Source of the DNA: Eledone cirrhosa
Lineage: Eukaryota
Length of the DNA: 64,000 nucleotides
NCBI GenBank assembly: GCA_964016885.1
Contig: OZ024746.1
Coordinates: 66,464,001 to 66,528,000 of the forward strand
Direction of reading: 5' to 3'
Positions 29,061 through 43,308 of the stretch are shown here, one piece after another. Numbering within the stretch: the stretch's first letter is position 1; each line of letters begins with the position of its first letter. Position numbers and translations under genes: made by a program. The notes under the pieces were generated by a model. The model had not been told where the DNA came from, made no database searches, and worked only from the letters and a program-made list of their open reading frames with translations.

Positions 29061-29409
29061 TGTTCCAAGTCTATTGAATTTCTTAGGTCAGTTGTCCTTT
29101 AAACAGGTCAGTCTGCTAGAGTTGTTTTTAACGACCAGCTATAATAACTGTATATACCTAGAACATAGGGGGGGTTCTGACGTTAATGGCAGTGGTGTAA
29201 ACAGGTCAACTACTAGCATACATTTTGGGGTAATATTTTAGTTGTTACTGAAGCATTCTTGTATGTAACCAGATATGGGTTTATCTGGGAATGTTTCTCG
29301 TTATCCATATTAAGGGTCCTGATAGTAAGAGAAGTTAGAATTATATATGTGTTAAAAATTATAATCCGTATTGTAAACATTTAGTACACACGTACCTACA
29401 CACATACAC

Positions 29410-29476
<67 letters not shown>

Positions 29477-30433
29477 AGCAGACACACATATATATCTATA
29501 CATACACATACATCCATACATAAACATGTCTATGTACACACATATATACACACACACACAAGCGCATACTCATATATACCCTTTAGAGGACTGGAAAAAG
29601 AAATAATAGGTGCGTCTGATTTACTTATCACTGTTAGTACTGAACGTGCGAAAGTGATTAGTTTGGAGGTAGCTTGTCCTTCCGAAAACCGGATTACAGA
29701 CCGGGGGGTGGATGGTGAAGCCCGGTGATTGGAAATGTTGAGGCCATGGAGATTCTCAGGGTAGGACTCTGCCAACGTATATTATTTCACTAATTAACTA
29801 GTCGCTGGTTAATTGGGTTAGAACTAAGGAAGTGAGAAATAAGGATGAACCACTGCGATGTGAGGCTACGCGCCTAACCGCTAAGTAAGTGCGGGTTTGG
29901 GATGTTTGGAAATGCTAGTCGAGACGAGAAGAGAGGATTGGAGATAAGTAAGTTCAGTGGGCCTCAACATGTCCAATGGCCTCAACATGGCCTCAACATT
30001 TCCAATCATTGGTATCTCTGGTACTCAGCTTAGTGGGGTTGCTACCCATATAGCTTGAGGAAAGTTCCCATCGTTAGGTGTCTACATATACCAAAGAAAT
30101 CTGCCCTGCGATTAATTAAATTTATTCCACCACGGAGTATCTCAAGTGTCTCACTTAGACAGACGCGGCAAATGTCAGATCAACCTGTCTGAAGGTACCT
30201 CCCTAAGTTCGGACGAAACCAAAGAGTACAGGGTTTTGTCCAGCTTCAGGTTCCGGGATCGGTCCGGAAACGTCCGTGCGTTTCTATTCGTCGATCATAT
30301 TAAACGAGTGACGGTGATTATAACATGTATCCTTGAAGCTCGTTTAACACCCTCTTCCTGTTATATCAAGCGTTAACCTAATATATCCCTTCATATACTG
30401 TACCGATTGTGTTGTTATTTCTGTTTACCTTTA

Positions 30434-30521
<88 letters not shown>

Positions 30522-31429
30522 ATTTATGTGTGTGTGTATGCGTGTTATGATAAAATGAGTAACAGCAATGAAAAATTACATTATTTTCGGTAAAAATCGA
30601 AAGTGAACATGTTTCCCATGAAGCAGACTGACACAGCCTCTGTCCAAAATATTTATATATTCTTAAAACAATAAATACACAAATACTATTTTTTTTATAT
30701 CAGGAATACTTGTAACTACCAAAGGGAAACGCAAAGAAAACATTACATTTAGTACCAATGTGAAATATTATAATTAATGACTGATAGCAATTTTACTGAC
30801 CTCTGCACCCGTCTAACTAAATATCTTCAACGAAATTCATCTTTTTAAGCAGTCATGAAATATCTTGCCTGAACTTCGCCACGATTTCGAGCGAAAGACT
30901 ATAGTGGAATAGATTATAAATAATTCTAGTTATGACTGTCATGACGATTTGATTCCAAGCTATAACATTAAGTGATATAGCTTTCATATGAAGCAGTACT
31001 AATATGGTTAGAGATCAGCAATAAATTTCATTAATTGCCAAGCGTTGTTTCCTATCATCAGACACATATCATCGGAGTGGCTTATCACTTTCGACAGGTG
31101 TGTTCTATCAATGGACTAATAATTGAACCACAATAATTCGTAGCATTGAAGGATAATGAGAGCAGATGGTAATATAATATTAAGTTTATTTCTCAATGTA
31201 AATATGTATTTAGTGCAGTCTTGAAAGCAAGCAAAGATTAGATAATTAATAGATCATAAGAATATGTAAGATATATGGGGCAGATATAATTCCTAAAACA
31301 ATGTATTCAATATATATATTCGGATTCAATATTAAGATTCAAAATATAATGCAATCCTGGTGCAGATAAATCAGGAATTGTGCACACACGCACACACACA
31401 CACACACACACACAGATATATATATATAT

Positions 31430-31502
31430 CTAGGGCGGGTAAAATTCCAGAGATCCATGGACGCGTTCTCTCCAGCGGTCTCTGTCCCTCATTATCGCTG
31501 CA
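31430..31502 (-). mobile_element. RTE-type LINE extreme 3' end (short copy of 39790-39862)
   Basis: GGGTAAAATTCC.GAGATCCATGGACG.GTTCTCTCCAGCGGTCTCTGTCCCTCATTATCGCTGCA is shared with 39797-39862. Confidence 0.8.
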
Positions 31503-31510
31503 ACAAACAA

Positions 31511-31558
<48 letters not shown>

Positions 31559-32812
31559 TAGAAAGTGAGATTTGTTTACAAAATGAAAAATAACCGAGGT
31601 GTCCTACACGAGTGAAAGTATAAAGAAAAAAAAGATGAAATCGAAAATACAACTGGAGTCTTATTTTTAAATAAAATATATATATTTATTTGGTTCCTTT
31701 ACCGGTTTCGCAGTTCTTCTGCTTTTAAAAAGTAGAGTTGAGATGGAGGGTCTGTTTTTCTCACATCTGGTTGGTCTTTGAATGTTACTTGTTTTATATG
31801 GAAAAAAGTGGCTCGAAACGCCAGGTTTTTAGAGAAGTAATTTGATTGGTTGGTCAATAAGTATAATAAATTTCGCGCCTTTACTTAAAAAAAGGGGCTC
31901 ACGAAGGCTTCTTTTTTAATGTAATTTGATTGGTTATAAATGAAATTATGACTGTCACGTAAACAATTTCATTAAATTTCGCGCCCGTATTTGGGAATTT
32001 ATTTTGTAGCCTTTTAGAGAATTTTATGACAATAAAAAAGTGGCTCACGAAGGCTTTTTTTTAAAAATGCAATTTGATTGGATATAAATGAAATTATGAC
32101 TGTCACGTGAACAAGTTCATTAAATTTGCGCCCCTATTTGAGAATTTATTTTGTAGCCTTTTAGAGAATGTTATGACAAGCAAAAGAATGGTCAAGGGAA
32201 ATGGGATGGGAGAATTGTTCTGGTTCAGTGAATATGGCTAGTTCGCTGGGGTGTCAGAGTTCAGATTTCCTATTGAAATAAAGAAAGTAGACATATGTAT
32301 GTTTATTTGTGTTTTTGTGTGTGTGTGTGTGTGTATAGGAAGATGATTCTATTGGTAGAAATGGGGGAGGGAGTTGTGTGTATGTTATGTGTCTGTGTGT
32401 GGGAATATGTTAAGATGGAGAGAATATATATTTTTTTGTGTGTGTGTGTAGGAAAGAGATTCTATTAGTAGAAATGGGGGAAGGTGTTGTGTGTGTGTAT
32501 GGGGGGGGTTATGTGTGTATGTATGGGTGTTATGTGTGTGTGGGAGTATGGTTAGCATGTTAAGATGAAGAGAATACATATTGTGTGTGTGTGTGTGTGC
32601 ATGTAGGAAAATGATTCCGTTAGTAGGAATATTTTTGAATGAACATATTTTCCTTACTTATTCGTATTTGTTCTGTTGCATTGACAGCGCAAACGTATGT
32701 TAAGGTTTATTGAGTTCGGATTTTTATTTTCTAAAGTAGAAGGTGTTATATGTGTGTGTGTGTATGTGTCTGTTTGGATGGTTAGCATGTTATGGTGTTG
32801 ACATAATGTATA

Positions 32813-33215
32813 TTAAACCATATTTAATGCTGGTCTATATTTTTGAATAAACATATTTTCCTTATTTATTCGTATTTGTTCTATTGTATTGCAAAGGTAA
32901 AATGGGAAGACTTGGAATTTGGGTGTCTTATTACTTGCGCAAATGTCTAGATGTGCGCTTAGTGGTATCTGTCTCGTGGTTGGATCTCGTAATTGTTGGC
33001 GATGAACTGTCATTCTATTTCTGAGTGTGAGTTTAGTTTGTCCTATATAATATTCATTGCATCCTTTACATTTAATGGCATAAAATAGATTTGTTGAGCA
33101 GCAAGAGAAGTGAATTTGTACAACAACATGTTGTCCTGATTTAAATGTATACGTGTTTCCTTCAATGAGGTGAGTGCAAGTCCACAATTAGAGCGACCAC
33201 ACTTTTTGACGGTTT
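32813..33215 (-). pseudogene. PLE GIY-YIG endonuclease domain with upstream Cys knuckle (frameshifted)
   Basis: KKCGRSNCG/TCTHLIEG...FSCCSTNLFYAIKCKGCNEYYIGQTKLTLRNRMTVHRQQLRDP...LSAHLDIC...RINKENMFIQKYRPALN. GIY/YIG, R..H, E and N motifs are all present. 1-nt deletion at about 33181. Confidence 0.9.
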
Positions 33216-33598
33216 TTATTGTCATAAAATTCTCTAAAAGGCTACAAAATAAATTCCCAAATACGGGCGCGAAATTTAATGAACTTGTTTACGTGACAGT
33301 CATAATTTCATTTATAGCCAATCAAATTACATTAAAAAAAAACCTTCGTGAGCCCCTTTTTTTAAGTAAAAAGAAATTCAATCACTAATATATGAAAAAA
33401 ACAACCTGAGCCCCCCCCCCCCTGTTTGAAGAACTTTGTAACGCGAACTCGCGCGAAATTTATTATGCTTATTGACCAACCAATATAATTACTTCTCTAA
33501 AAACCTGGCGTTTCGAGCCACTTTTTTCCATATAAAACAAGCAACATTCAAAGAGCAACCAGATGGAAAAAACCCACAGACCCTCCATCTCAACTCAA

Positions 33599-33634
33599 CT
33601 TTTGAAAAGCAGAAGAACTGCGAAACCGGTAAAG
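33599..33634 (+). ncRNA. Minimal type I hammerhead ribozyme, U3-A8 core variant
   Basis: CTT-TTGAAAA-GCAG(aagaa)CTGC-GAAA-CCGG-TA-AAG with palindromic stem III ACCGGT. The opposite arm (31697-31732) has G5 mutated. Confidence 0.7.
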
Positions 33635-33694
33635 GAACCAAATAAATATATATGTTTTTTTAAAAATAAGACTCTAGTTGCATTTTCGATTTCA

Positions 33695-33753
<59 letters not shown>

Positions 33754-33806
33754 ATATGTATATATCTATATATCTATATATATATATACATATATATATC
33801 TATATA

Positions 33807-33875
<69 letters not shown>

Positions 33876-34053
33876 GCGCAACCGGTAAAAACTTAAAAAC
33901 TTAAAACCACAACTGAATACTAACCCATACAATTACTAATACTCTTTTATCCCTAATTAAACCATTTTTCAACTGTGAACAATTTGTCAGCATTTTCTAT
34001 TCCGTTTACCAATATATATATATATATATATATATAATTATATATATATATAT

Positions 34054-34088
<35 letters not shown>

Positions 34089-34096
34089 GTATATAT

Positions 34097-35174
<1,078 letters not shown>

Positions 35175-35421
35175 GGAACACAGATTCAGTGTTGCATCAT
35201 AATATATTTAATAAGATATTACATATGTTTCTCTATCGATCAGCTAGTATATGAGTTCGTCTGACGAACTCATATACTAAGTATATCTGACGACCTTTCG
35301 ATTACAGAGTCAGGTTCGATCAAAATAGATCTTGCCTCGAGCTGATTGATAGAGAAACCTATGTAATGTGTTATTGAATATATGTGTATATAGTACACGT
35401 AGACACACACACACACAAAAG

Positions 35422-35511
<90 letters not shown>

Positions 35512-37198
35512 TATCAATTTCAGAAAATAACATTAACAAATATTGCTTGAATTTGTGATAACACTACATTATTTGTGAGTGTTTATTTTGATGCGGATGT
35601 AAATATACTAAGAATGAAATAACCCACACGATTTCTATCAATTTGCATAAAATCTTTCAGGTTTTCACTACAATTCTCAGATTAATCATAACTTCACCAC
35701 TCAGCATGTTTTATATTGATATCAGTACGCCAACTGATGCAAGCAAGCATACATATCCACATTTATACATGAAAGAAAAAGATCACATGGACTTGACCTA
35801 AACCATTCTGTCAATCCAAATACTGATTACGTAAATACACTCATACATTTACCAAAAAGTCACACACTACGCGTTCAGACGGACATGTATAGAGCCTTCT
35901 GCCACTTCACATGGGAATAAACATACACAAATTATAAAAACTTGGCCGTTGTTAAAACATATACTTATATAAGTTCTCTAGCAATAAATTCTATAATAAT
36001 TGCTGTACAAATATTTCTTTAAAGAGGAATTTATATTTGAGAGAGATAGTGTATCACACCATTTTAGAGTCTGGAAGGGATTGACATGACAAATTATCTT
36101 GAGAAATATCCAAACACGTAGAACGCACATGACACACAATGTATCTCCCGGCCTATGAAAACTTTATATTTTATAATAATATATTTTTTGATGATGAACT
36201 CAAAGAATGCCTCAACGCATGGACGTCAAAAGTTAAAACTTTGGATGTACAGATGAAATAATCGAAATTGAAGTTATTACATATTAATTCATTAAGTCAA
36301 ATCCTCCGACCCTCACGAATAATACAAAAATAACTATTTCATATTTCTTATATCTACATCAACTGTGATAAATCAAACTTACATTAAAAGACATTCCAGT
36401 AGTTAACATTGTGGTTTCTTTCTAGAGATATACAGTAATGTAGTAAAGTGTTTCTCTCGTTTTAAAGACTTGTCCAATATGAAGGAATCAATATGCTTAC
36501 ATATAAACATCACATGCCTCATCACTTTAACGATTGCGTCTTCATCGTGTGGCAAATGATGCTTCTATTGTCAAATAGGAAGTAGAAATGAAAATCCAGT
36601 GCAAATCAATACAAACTGTTGTCAAGAACACCTGTACTTTATAGATATGAGATCAATTTCCTCAAACAGAATCTCAAAATAATATTCATATTTTGCTGAC
36701 CCCCACTTTCTTCTTCGTCTGGCTAAAAACTTTCCTTTTATGCAACTTCTATTTCTGCATTAAAACAGTATTATGCCACATATACACATCACCATTTCTT
36801 TTGGTGGTCGTATCACGATAGCTTAATAGGTATTGGATATAAAAATAATGGTGATTGAACCTTGCCAATATTTGTTTAACAGATGTCTATTTTTCATATT
36901 TACACACACTGCAGAATAAAGAATGAATTACATACTAAAAATGAATAGATAATAATGTGGGAAATGTATTATATTTTTATGAAAAGAAAATAATAGTGTT
37001 GCATGGATTGTTTGGTGACAAAACAAAAGAAATTGCGAAATCAATGATACAATCTGTTTAATATAACATCACGTTTAATTTGATAATTTGATTCATATAT
37101 ATATATCCGTGTATTAAAATGATACCCCTGAAGCTAGAATGAATTATATTAGTCTCCTCGAAACACATACAGATACACGCATAGATATTTACTCGCAT

Positions 37199-37312
<114 letters not shown>

Positions 37313-37409
37313 AATGGAAGTACAGCATAATCGAAGCTCTGGCTGAAGCTAAGCTAACGAATGCAATCGAAATGTGCAGCTAAGCACTCAATAAGTTATT
37401 TTACCTTAG

Positions 37410-37444
<35 letters not shown>

Positions 37445-37649
37445 ATATATGTGTGTGTGTGTGAATGTTCGTGCGTGCTTGTCTGTGTGTATGTGTGTAT
37501 GCGTGCTTGTAAATGTATATGTGTGTGTTTATGTGTTACAATGGCAACTGTACGTATATAATAAAAGATGCAATATTGAAACAGTAATTGTATATTGTAT
37601 TGGTTTTAGTGTGAGTTCATTGAGTTACAACTTGGTGCCTTTGGTATAA

Positions 37650-37716
<67 letters not shown>

Positions 37717-37872
37717 CTTTGTTGACAAATATATCAATGTGCCCAGACACGCAGATATATTGCCCTTGGTATGACAGTGTGGTTTTAGCTCAATGTAGGA
37801 TAACTAGTATACTAGAGAGCCGTTAGAATTATAGGAATAACCAAAGAGTGCTTAGAAATACCTTGTTTTATT

Positions 37873-37919
37873 AGCTAACATTGTTTCATCCATACCCTAT
37901 GGCAGGAATCATCAGAGCC
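37873..37919 (-). ncRNA. Type I hammerhead ribozyme
   Basis: GGCT-CTGATGA-tTCCTGCC(atag)GGTAtGGAt-GAAA-CAATG-TT-AGCT, GUU triplet. Confidence 0.75.
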
Positions 37920-39270
37920 TATAAACAAGAGTATATCAATAGTTTCATGCTCCATCAAGCTGCGTCACCAGAACAAGGTTAAAGGACCAGCAGGTGAGTC
38001 CCGAAGCCAGCGCTATATAGAATTCATTGATGAATTATAGAACAACACACAAGGCAATGTGCGACACTGAATATTGAATACCGGCCGACCCAGGAGGGGT
38101 CACACCCGACTGTGAATGGATTGCAACCTCCGGATTCAGTAATCTCTACGAAAACCACGTGGCGGACATATAAATAACATAGCTGTCATTGACAATCTTA
38201 GCTGTGTGTTTTCTATATATATTCTACAGAAATTTGCACAAACTGTAATAAACCCGCTTATTATTGTAACAATATCTGCTTTTCCCTCACTCTGCCATAG
38301 GTAATTCTGGAAGCGGAGTTTCCTAGATACACTTTCTCTCTATGTGACGGGATAGCCATCACGATTTACATTTACTGTGGTATAATTGTATACGGTACGA
38401 CACATTGCTTCGACGCCAACTCAGGCATACAGTGAATTTCACTTGGGACGTTGGGTTGAGTGACTGAACGTGAGGACTTTGGTGGATGCCAGTTATTGAG
38501 GACCTGTCGTATTTCCAATTTCCTCACATCTGTGCCGGCTGTACATATACCATACATTTCTTCAACCCATTGTACCTTATTTTATTTTAGATTTTATGTG
38601 TCTATCGCAGATCGCCTATCGTGATAAATCCCCTGGGTACATATTTTGGAAAAATAGTGTTATCTCGCCTAACGCTCGGAACTGGAACCTATGTATGTGG
38701 TTCGTAGGGTGCTGATATGAGACGGAAAATTGACCTGTTACAAGGCGATATAGTTGGAGTACACCATCCTTCCTATGGACAATCATATATGTAAAGCTGC
38801 ACCAGCGCTAACCAACTATTCTTCTCACAGACTCATGCTTGCAAGCTCTCTTAATCTGCCTGTATACCCTATTTTTTACTGCTTGTGCTTTGATGTATCT
38901 ATGCTTTGCTTTGTTTTCTTTGTTTGTTTTTTGGTGTTTTGTTCCTTTATTGTTTTTTATTTTTATATTATTTTGATATTTTTGTATTTTTGTACTTTAT
39001 TATTGTTTTTGATCATGCTGAGTAATACCTTCACTCATTCCTTGTTACCCTCTCCCAACCTCTTTATCATCTATTGCACCATTTAAGTGATACATTTTTG
39101 GTGTAATTATGGTGTAATTTTTTATGACATGTTATGACATTATGTGCATCATGTATTCTGTATTTTTCTATTTAGCGCTGGCCTCGGACCCCACCCCTTG
39201 CTGGTCCTTTAAACTTGTTCTGGTGACGCAACTTGATGGACCATGCAGTATTGATATACTCTTGTTTATA

Positions 39271-39317
39271 GGCTCTGATGATTCCTGCCATAGGGTATGG
39301 ATGAAACACTGTTAGCT
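39271..39317 (+). ncRNA. Type I hammerhead ribozyme (inverted partner of 37873-37919)
   Basis: CTGATGA 39275-39281, GAAA 39303-39306, followed by CACTG-TT-AGCT. Confidence 0.75.
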
Positions 39318-39359
39318 AATAAAACAAGGTATTTCTAAGCATTTTTTGGTCATTGCTAC

Positions 39360-39411
<52 letters not shown>

Positions 39412-39789
39412 CTAGGGTGTTAGCTCCAACATAGCGGTGTATATGAAGTATGTGAAGTTTAATACTTAGCGATTTACTGTATGATTATAAATAAATATTT
39501 TGAAAGCCTTCAGCTATGAATTTGGAAGCTGATGACGTGGCGCCATCTAGCTCGTTCCAGCAGAAGGTAAGGTTAGGTAACAGACGACAATGCTGTTGGC
39601 GAAAACATACAGTTTAGACATCTATTTACATGGGCTGATTAGCCGCACTTGCATTCAGAGCTGGCTTGGCCGGAAACTAGTTTACATATGTTAACGGTAT
39701 CTTCTTTCATTATCTAATAGTGGACTCAATAACATTACCTGTTTTGCATCTTTGTGTGTGAGTATATATATATATATCTACATATACAT

Positions 39790-40165
39790 CTAAGGTGGGT
39801 AAAATTCCCGAGATCCATGGACGAGTTCTCTCCAGCGGTCTCTGTCCCTCATTATCGCTGCATATCCTGCGTCTGCAACAGACCAGAGTCTGTCCTTAGG
39901 GCATCAACATACGTTAACCTTGGTCTTACTCTTCTAGTGTGTCCATGTAGGGGCTCCCACAGGAGCACTGAGTGCAATGTCAACTCTGGATGTCGGTGAG
40001 CATGTCCAGCTAACCTCAGTCTCCTCGGTGTCACTTTTGAGCTGACTTTTGGGATGCTCCCATACAGCTCTGAGTTTGTCATCCTCAGTGTATACTGATT
40101 AATGATCAGAGCCATCCTCAGCATTCTCGTGTAGCACCCATCCACAATCTGAGTGAGTTTCTTGG

Positions 40166-40166
<1 letters not shown>
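39790..40166 (-). mobile_element. RTE-type LINE 3' end
   Basis: VDGCYTRMLRMAL...TNSELYGSIPKVSSKV..RRLRLAGHAHRHPEL...VLLWEP.HG..RR.RP..TYVD.L..D.GL, a typical RTE ORF C-terminus. Confidence 0.88.
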
Positions 40167-40196
<30 letters not shown>

Positions 40197-40226
40197 AGAT
40201 CAAAAGATGGTTAAAGGAGTTCCATA

Positions 40227-40297
40227 TATTTTATTATGCGCATTTCAAAAACAAACATCATCAAACAATAATATTTGTGTTTTCATCAGATAAAATA
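40227..40297 (-). ncRNA. Type I hammerhead ribozyme
   Basis: Exact reverse complement of 40424-40494. Confidence 0.85.
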
Positions 40298-40423
40298 GGA
40301 GAACATGATATGAAGGCTAAAAAACACTTGTTGATAGTGCAGTTTTAAATCAACATATCAACATATGTTGATTTAAAACTGCACTATCAACAAGTGTTTT
40401 TTAGCCTTCATATCATGTTCTCC

Positions 40424-40494
40424 TATTTTATCTGATGAAAACACAAATATTATTGTTTGATGATGTTTGTTTTTGAAATGCGCATAATAAAATA
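40424..40494 (+). ncRNA. Type I hammerhead ribozyme
   Basis: TATTTTAT-CTGATGA-AAAcACAAATAT...ATGTTTGTtTTT-GAAA-TGCGCA-TA-ATAAAATA. Palindromic stem III ATGCGCAT. Predicted cleavage after 40486. Confidence 0.85.
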
Positions 40495-40618
40495 TATGGA
40501 ACTCCTTTAACCATCTTTTGATCTTATATTATGCATACTCCAGTCCCACAAATTGTAGAGTGCTTCTTATCCGATATCTGCATTGCTTTATTGTACTACA
40601 ATAAAACTCACCTCCTAC

Positions 40619-40665
<47 letters not shown>

Positions 40666-41481
40666 TATCCTTCCGTGTATTGTGCGCATTCTTGTATAAT
40701 GCGATCTGCTTTTTGACAAGATGTCTGGAAAAGCCTTGTTTCGAGTATCCCCAAAACAAATAAGGAACAAGTGACAACTGCTCTGTATACACGGAAGAAT
40801 ACGTTATATGAGTCGGGCTCCGTTATTTTGATTGAAACCTCAACTGATCGATATCAAAACAATTGTAATATACCAATAAGGTTTGTAAATATGCTGCAAG
40901 ACTAACGGCGTTTCTACTTATTGGCCTCGACGTGATTTGATCACAAAAGTAAAGCACCATAATTAAATGCAGCAAAACATGGGATTGGACGTAGTAATTA
41001 TTCCACCAAATCCCCACACTGACGTATAATATAATATGATTGATGTTATTTGAAGCAGTAGTGTTAAATCCTCTTATTTCATGCCGCTAATATAACACGG
41101 CATTAGACATGAAATTCGTCATTTTATAGTTTCATGTTAGACATTCATTTGTGAAAGAAAAAACTATGATATAAAAAACAACGAATGAACAGCCTTATGT
41201 AGTGAATGTGTTAGATTAAACTGTCTTTAGATATATAGTTCTGATACATAGATTTATTCCTATGGAATGACAGCTAACAGTGTACTGTGCGGTCTCCGTT
41301 ACCCATTCAGACTAGTGGTCTAGATTTGGTTCTCCAATTCTTTAGCAGCTTAATTCATGTTTGCATTACTTTCATATTTTCATATCGGATTCCATGATTT
41401 ATTTCATATGATATATATACACCGGCAGACTTACTACTATAGTTAAAGGCCTCGAGCAACAACCCGAGGCTTGGATACAGC

Positions 41482-41592
41482 CTTCCCTATTCTCCTAATT
41501 CGACGCCATCTGATTAACATATATTTCCCAACTTGAAAGAATACTTGGGTGGGGACCAGTACATCAGTGATGACGGGGTCAAATCAGCTATT
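41482..41592 (+). mobile_element. mariner transposase C-terminal fragment
   Basis: LPYSPNSTPSD*HIFPNLKEYLGGDQYISDDGVKSA matches the PYSPDLAPSDFHLF..LK..L.G..F.SD.EVK motif. Confidence 0.8.
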
Positions 41593-41624
41593 GGTACACA
41601 CACACGCACACACACGCACACACA

Positions 41625-41717
<93 letters not shown>

Positions 41718-41758
41718 GAAACCGAGTCTGTGTAAAAGAAAATATATAGAGGCACATA

Positions 41759-41950
41759 AATAATTGTTTCTACTATTGGCACAAGGCCAGAAATTAACCG
41801 GTACATTACTGGTACTTTATTTTATCGACCCCGTAAGGATGAAAGGCAAAGTTTACTTAGGCGGGATTTGAACTCAGAATGGCAAGAGCCGTAACTCTAT
41901 GCGTCAAAGCATGGCGTCCGAACCTCTACCGATACTGCCAATCCACCGTG
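41759..41950 (-). mobile_element. tRNA-derived SINE, full length, with target-site duplication
   Basis: A and B boxes present. ATAGAGGCACATAAATAAT occurs at 41746-41764 and 41963-41981. Confidence 0.9.
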
Positions 41951-42873
41951 GGAGGCACATAAATAGAGGCACATAAATAATGCCCCCATCTTGACCTTGA
42001 AATAAAACACAACAGAATTAACAATCTAATAAGACAGAAGTAGGCCAACTCTAATTGATTGCTTGTAGTCGTTTTAATTTAGCACCCTTACAGCACATAG
42101 CAATGGTATCAAATGAACATCGTTTTATTGCTGTATATTTAGGACAGAAGAATAAATGAAAGTAAGTCAACTTATAAAAATAGGAAAAACAGTAAAACAT
42201 AAAAAGCCATGTCTTTCTTTTCTCGTATTTACGCTTATATTTTTTTATAACACAAAGGAGCATACATTTTATGTTTCCGTGTGTACGATATAAATAAATA
42301 TCACTGTGTTGTTCGCTTTAAATAGAATTTGTCTGTTTGTTTCCATGCCTTTATGAAATCAATCAATCAATCAATAGCACATTTTAATGGTAGAATCGTG
42401 TGTCGCTTCGGCATACCTATAGCTGTTTTTCATTATCTTAATACGTTTTTTTCTTTTATTTTATATATCTTTATCGCGTGTAGACTATGTTTAAGACACT
42501 GTTCTATTATTTGCTTCCATATTTCTGAATGACGAAAATATCGCTCCCATCATCCAAATGAGTTATATGTCAAATTTTCATATTAATACACATGCGCATT
42601 TTCATATATATATATATATATACATCTATATGTATATAAATATACACAGAGACGGCGAGGCATGATAAAGTCAGGCAGACTCGTTCGTCTCTGGGTCAAA
42701 AAGACAAACACACTTTGTTCTTCTCTGTTTTTCCTTTGCTAGTTTCCATAAAGTTTACCATCATTACGTTGGTATGTATTTATTACGTAATTTGGCGACT
42801 GAAATGTGAAATTCAACATTTTTTAGCCTCCTTTAATTTCACTTTATAATACATGTACATGTGTATATATATA

Positions 42874-42916
<43 letters not shown>

Positions 42917-42928
42917 GTTTATATATAT

Positions 42929-43111
<183 letters not shown>

Positions 43112-43308
43112 TATATATATATAAATAAATTAATAAAAACAATGAATAAAAACAAAAAACAAGTTTCTTATATTAAAAAGTTCATGATTTTACGATCGTT
43201 TCTAGGATATATATGTGTGTTGATATGTATATCATATATATCTATGTAAAAATCTTACAAACTATCAGAGGAAATATACTTACCGTCACATATATATGCT
43301 GTCTTCAG

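Larger units (their letters stand above)
31559..33697 (-). mobile_element. 5'-truncated Penelope-like element (Neptune-type) with inverted pLTRs, inserted in (TA)n
   Basis: A GIY-YIG ORF sits in the middle. Inverted terminal segments (31632-32035 vs 33220-33697) carry HHR-like motifs. 3' tail at 31559-31631. (TA)n on both sides. Confidence 0.88.
37716..39364. mobile_element. PLE-like element with inverted pLTRs (about 37826-38022 / 39166-39364), between (TA)n tracts
   Basis: About 195-bp inverted arms, each with an HHR. Tail at 37716-37825 with GCTC...TTGAGC. The internal 1.1 kb has no recognisable ORF. Confidence 0.75.
40189..40621. mobile_element. Fold-back PLE-like mini-element with perfect 170-bp arms (40189-40358 / 40363-40532) plus tail
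   Basis: No mismatch seen between the arms, 4-nt spacer. Tail has ACTCC...GAGTGCTT. (TA)n on both sides. Confidence 0.88.

Noticed and set aside
39411-39682. Segment with ACTAG at both ends and weak hairpins, Helitron-like
   Set aside because: Hairpins imperfect, no second copy in the window, no RepHel sequence.
43186-43254. Minus-strand GAAA-CGATCG-TA-AAATC with a matching GATTT
   Set aside because: The core reads TTACATA, too degenerate to call.
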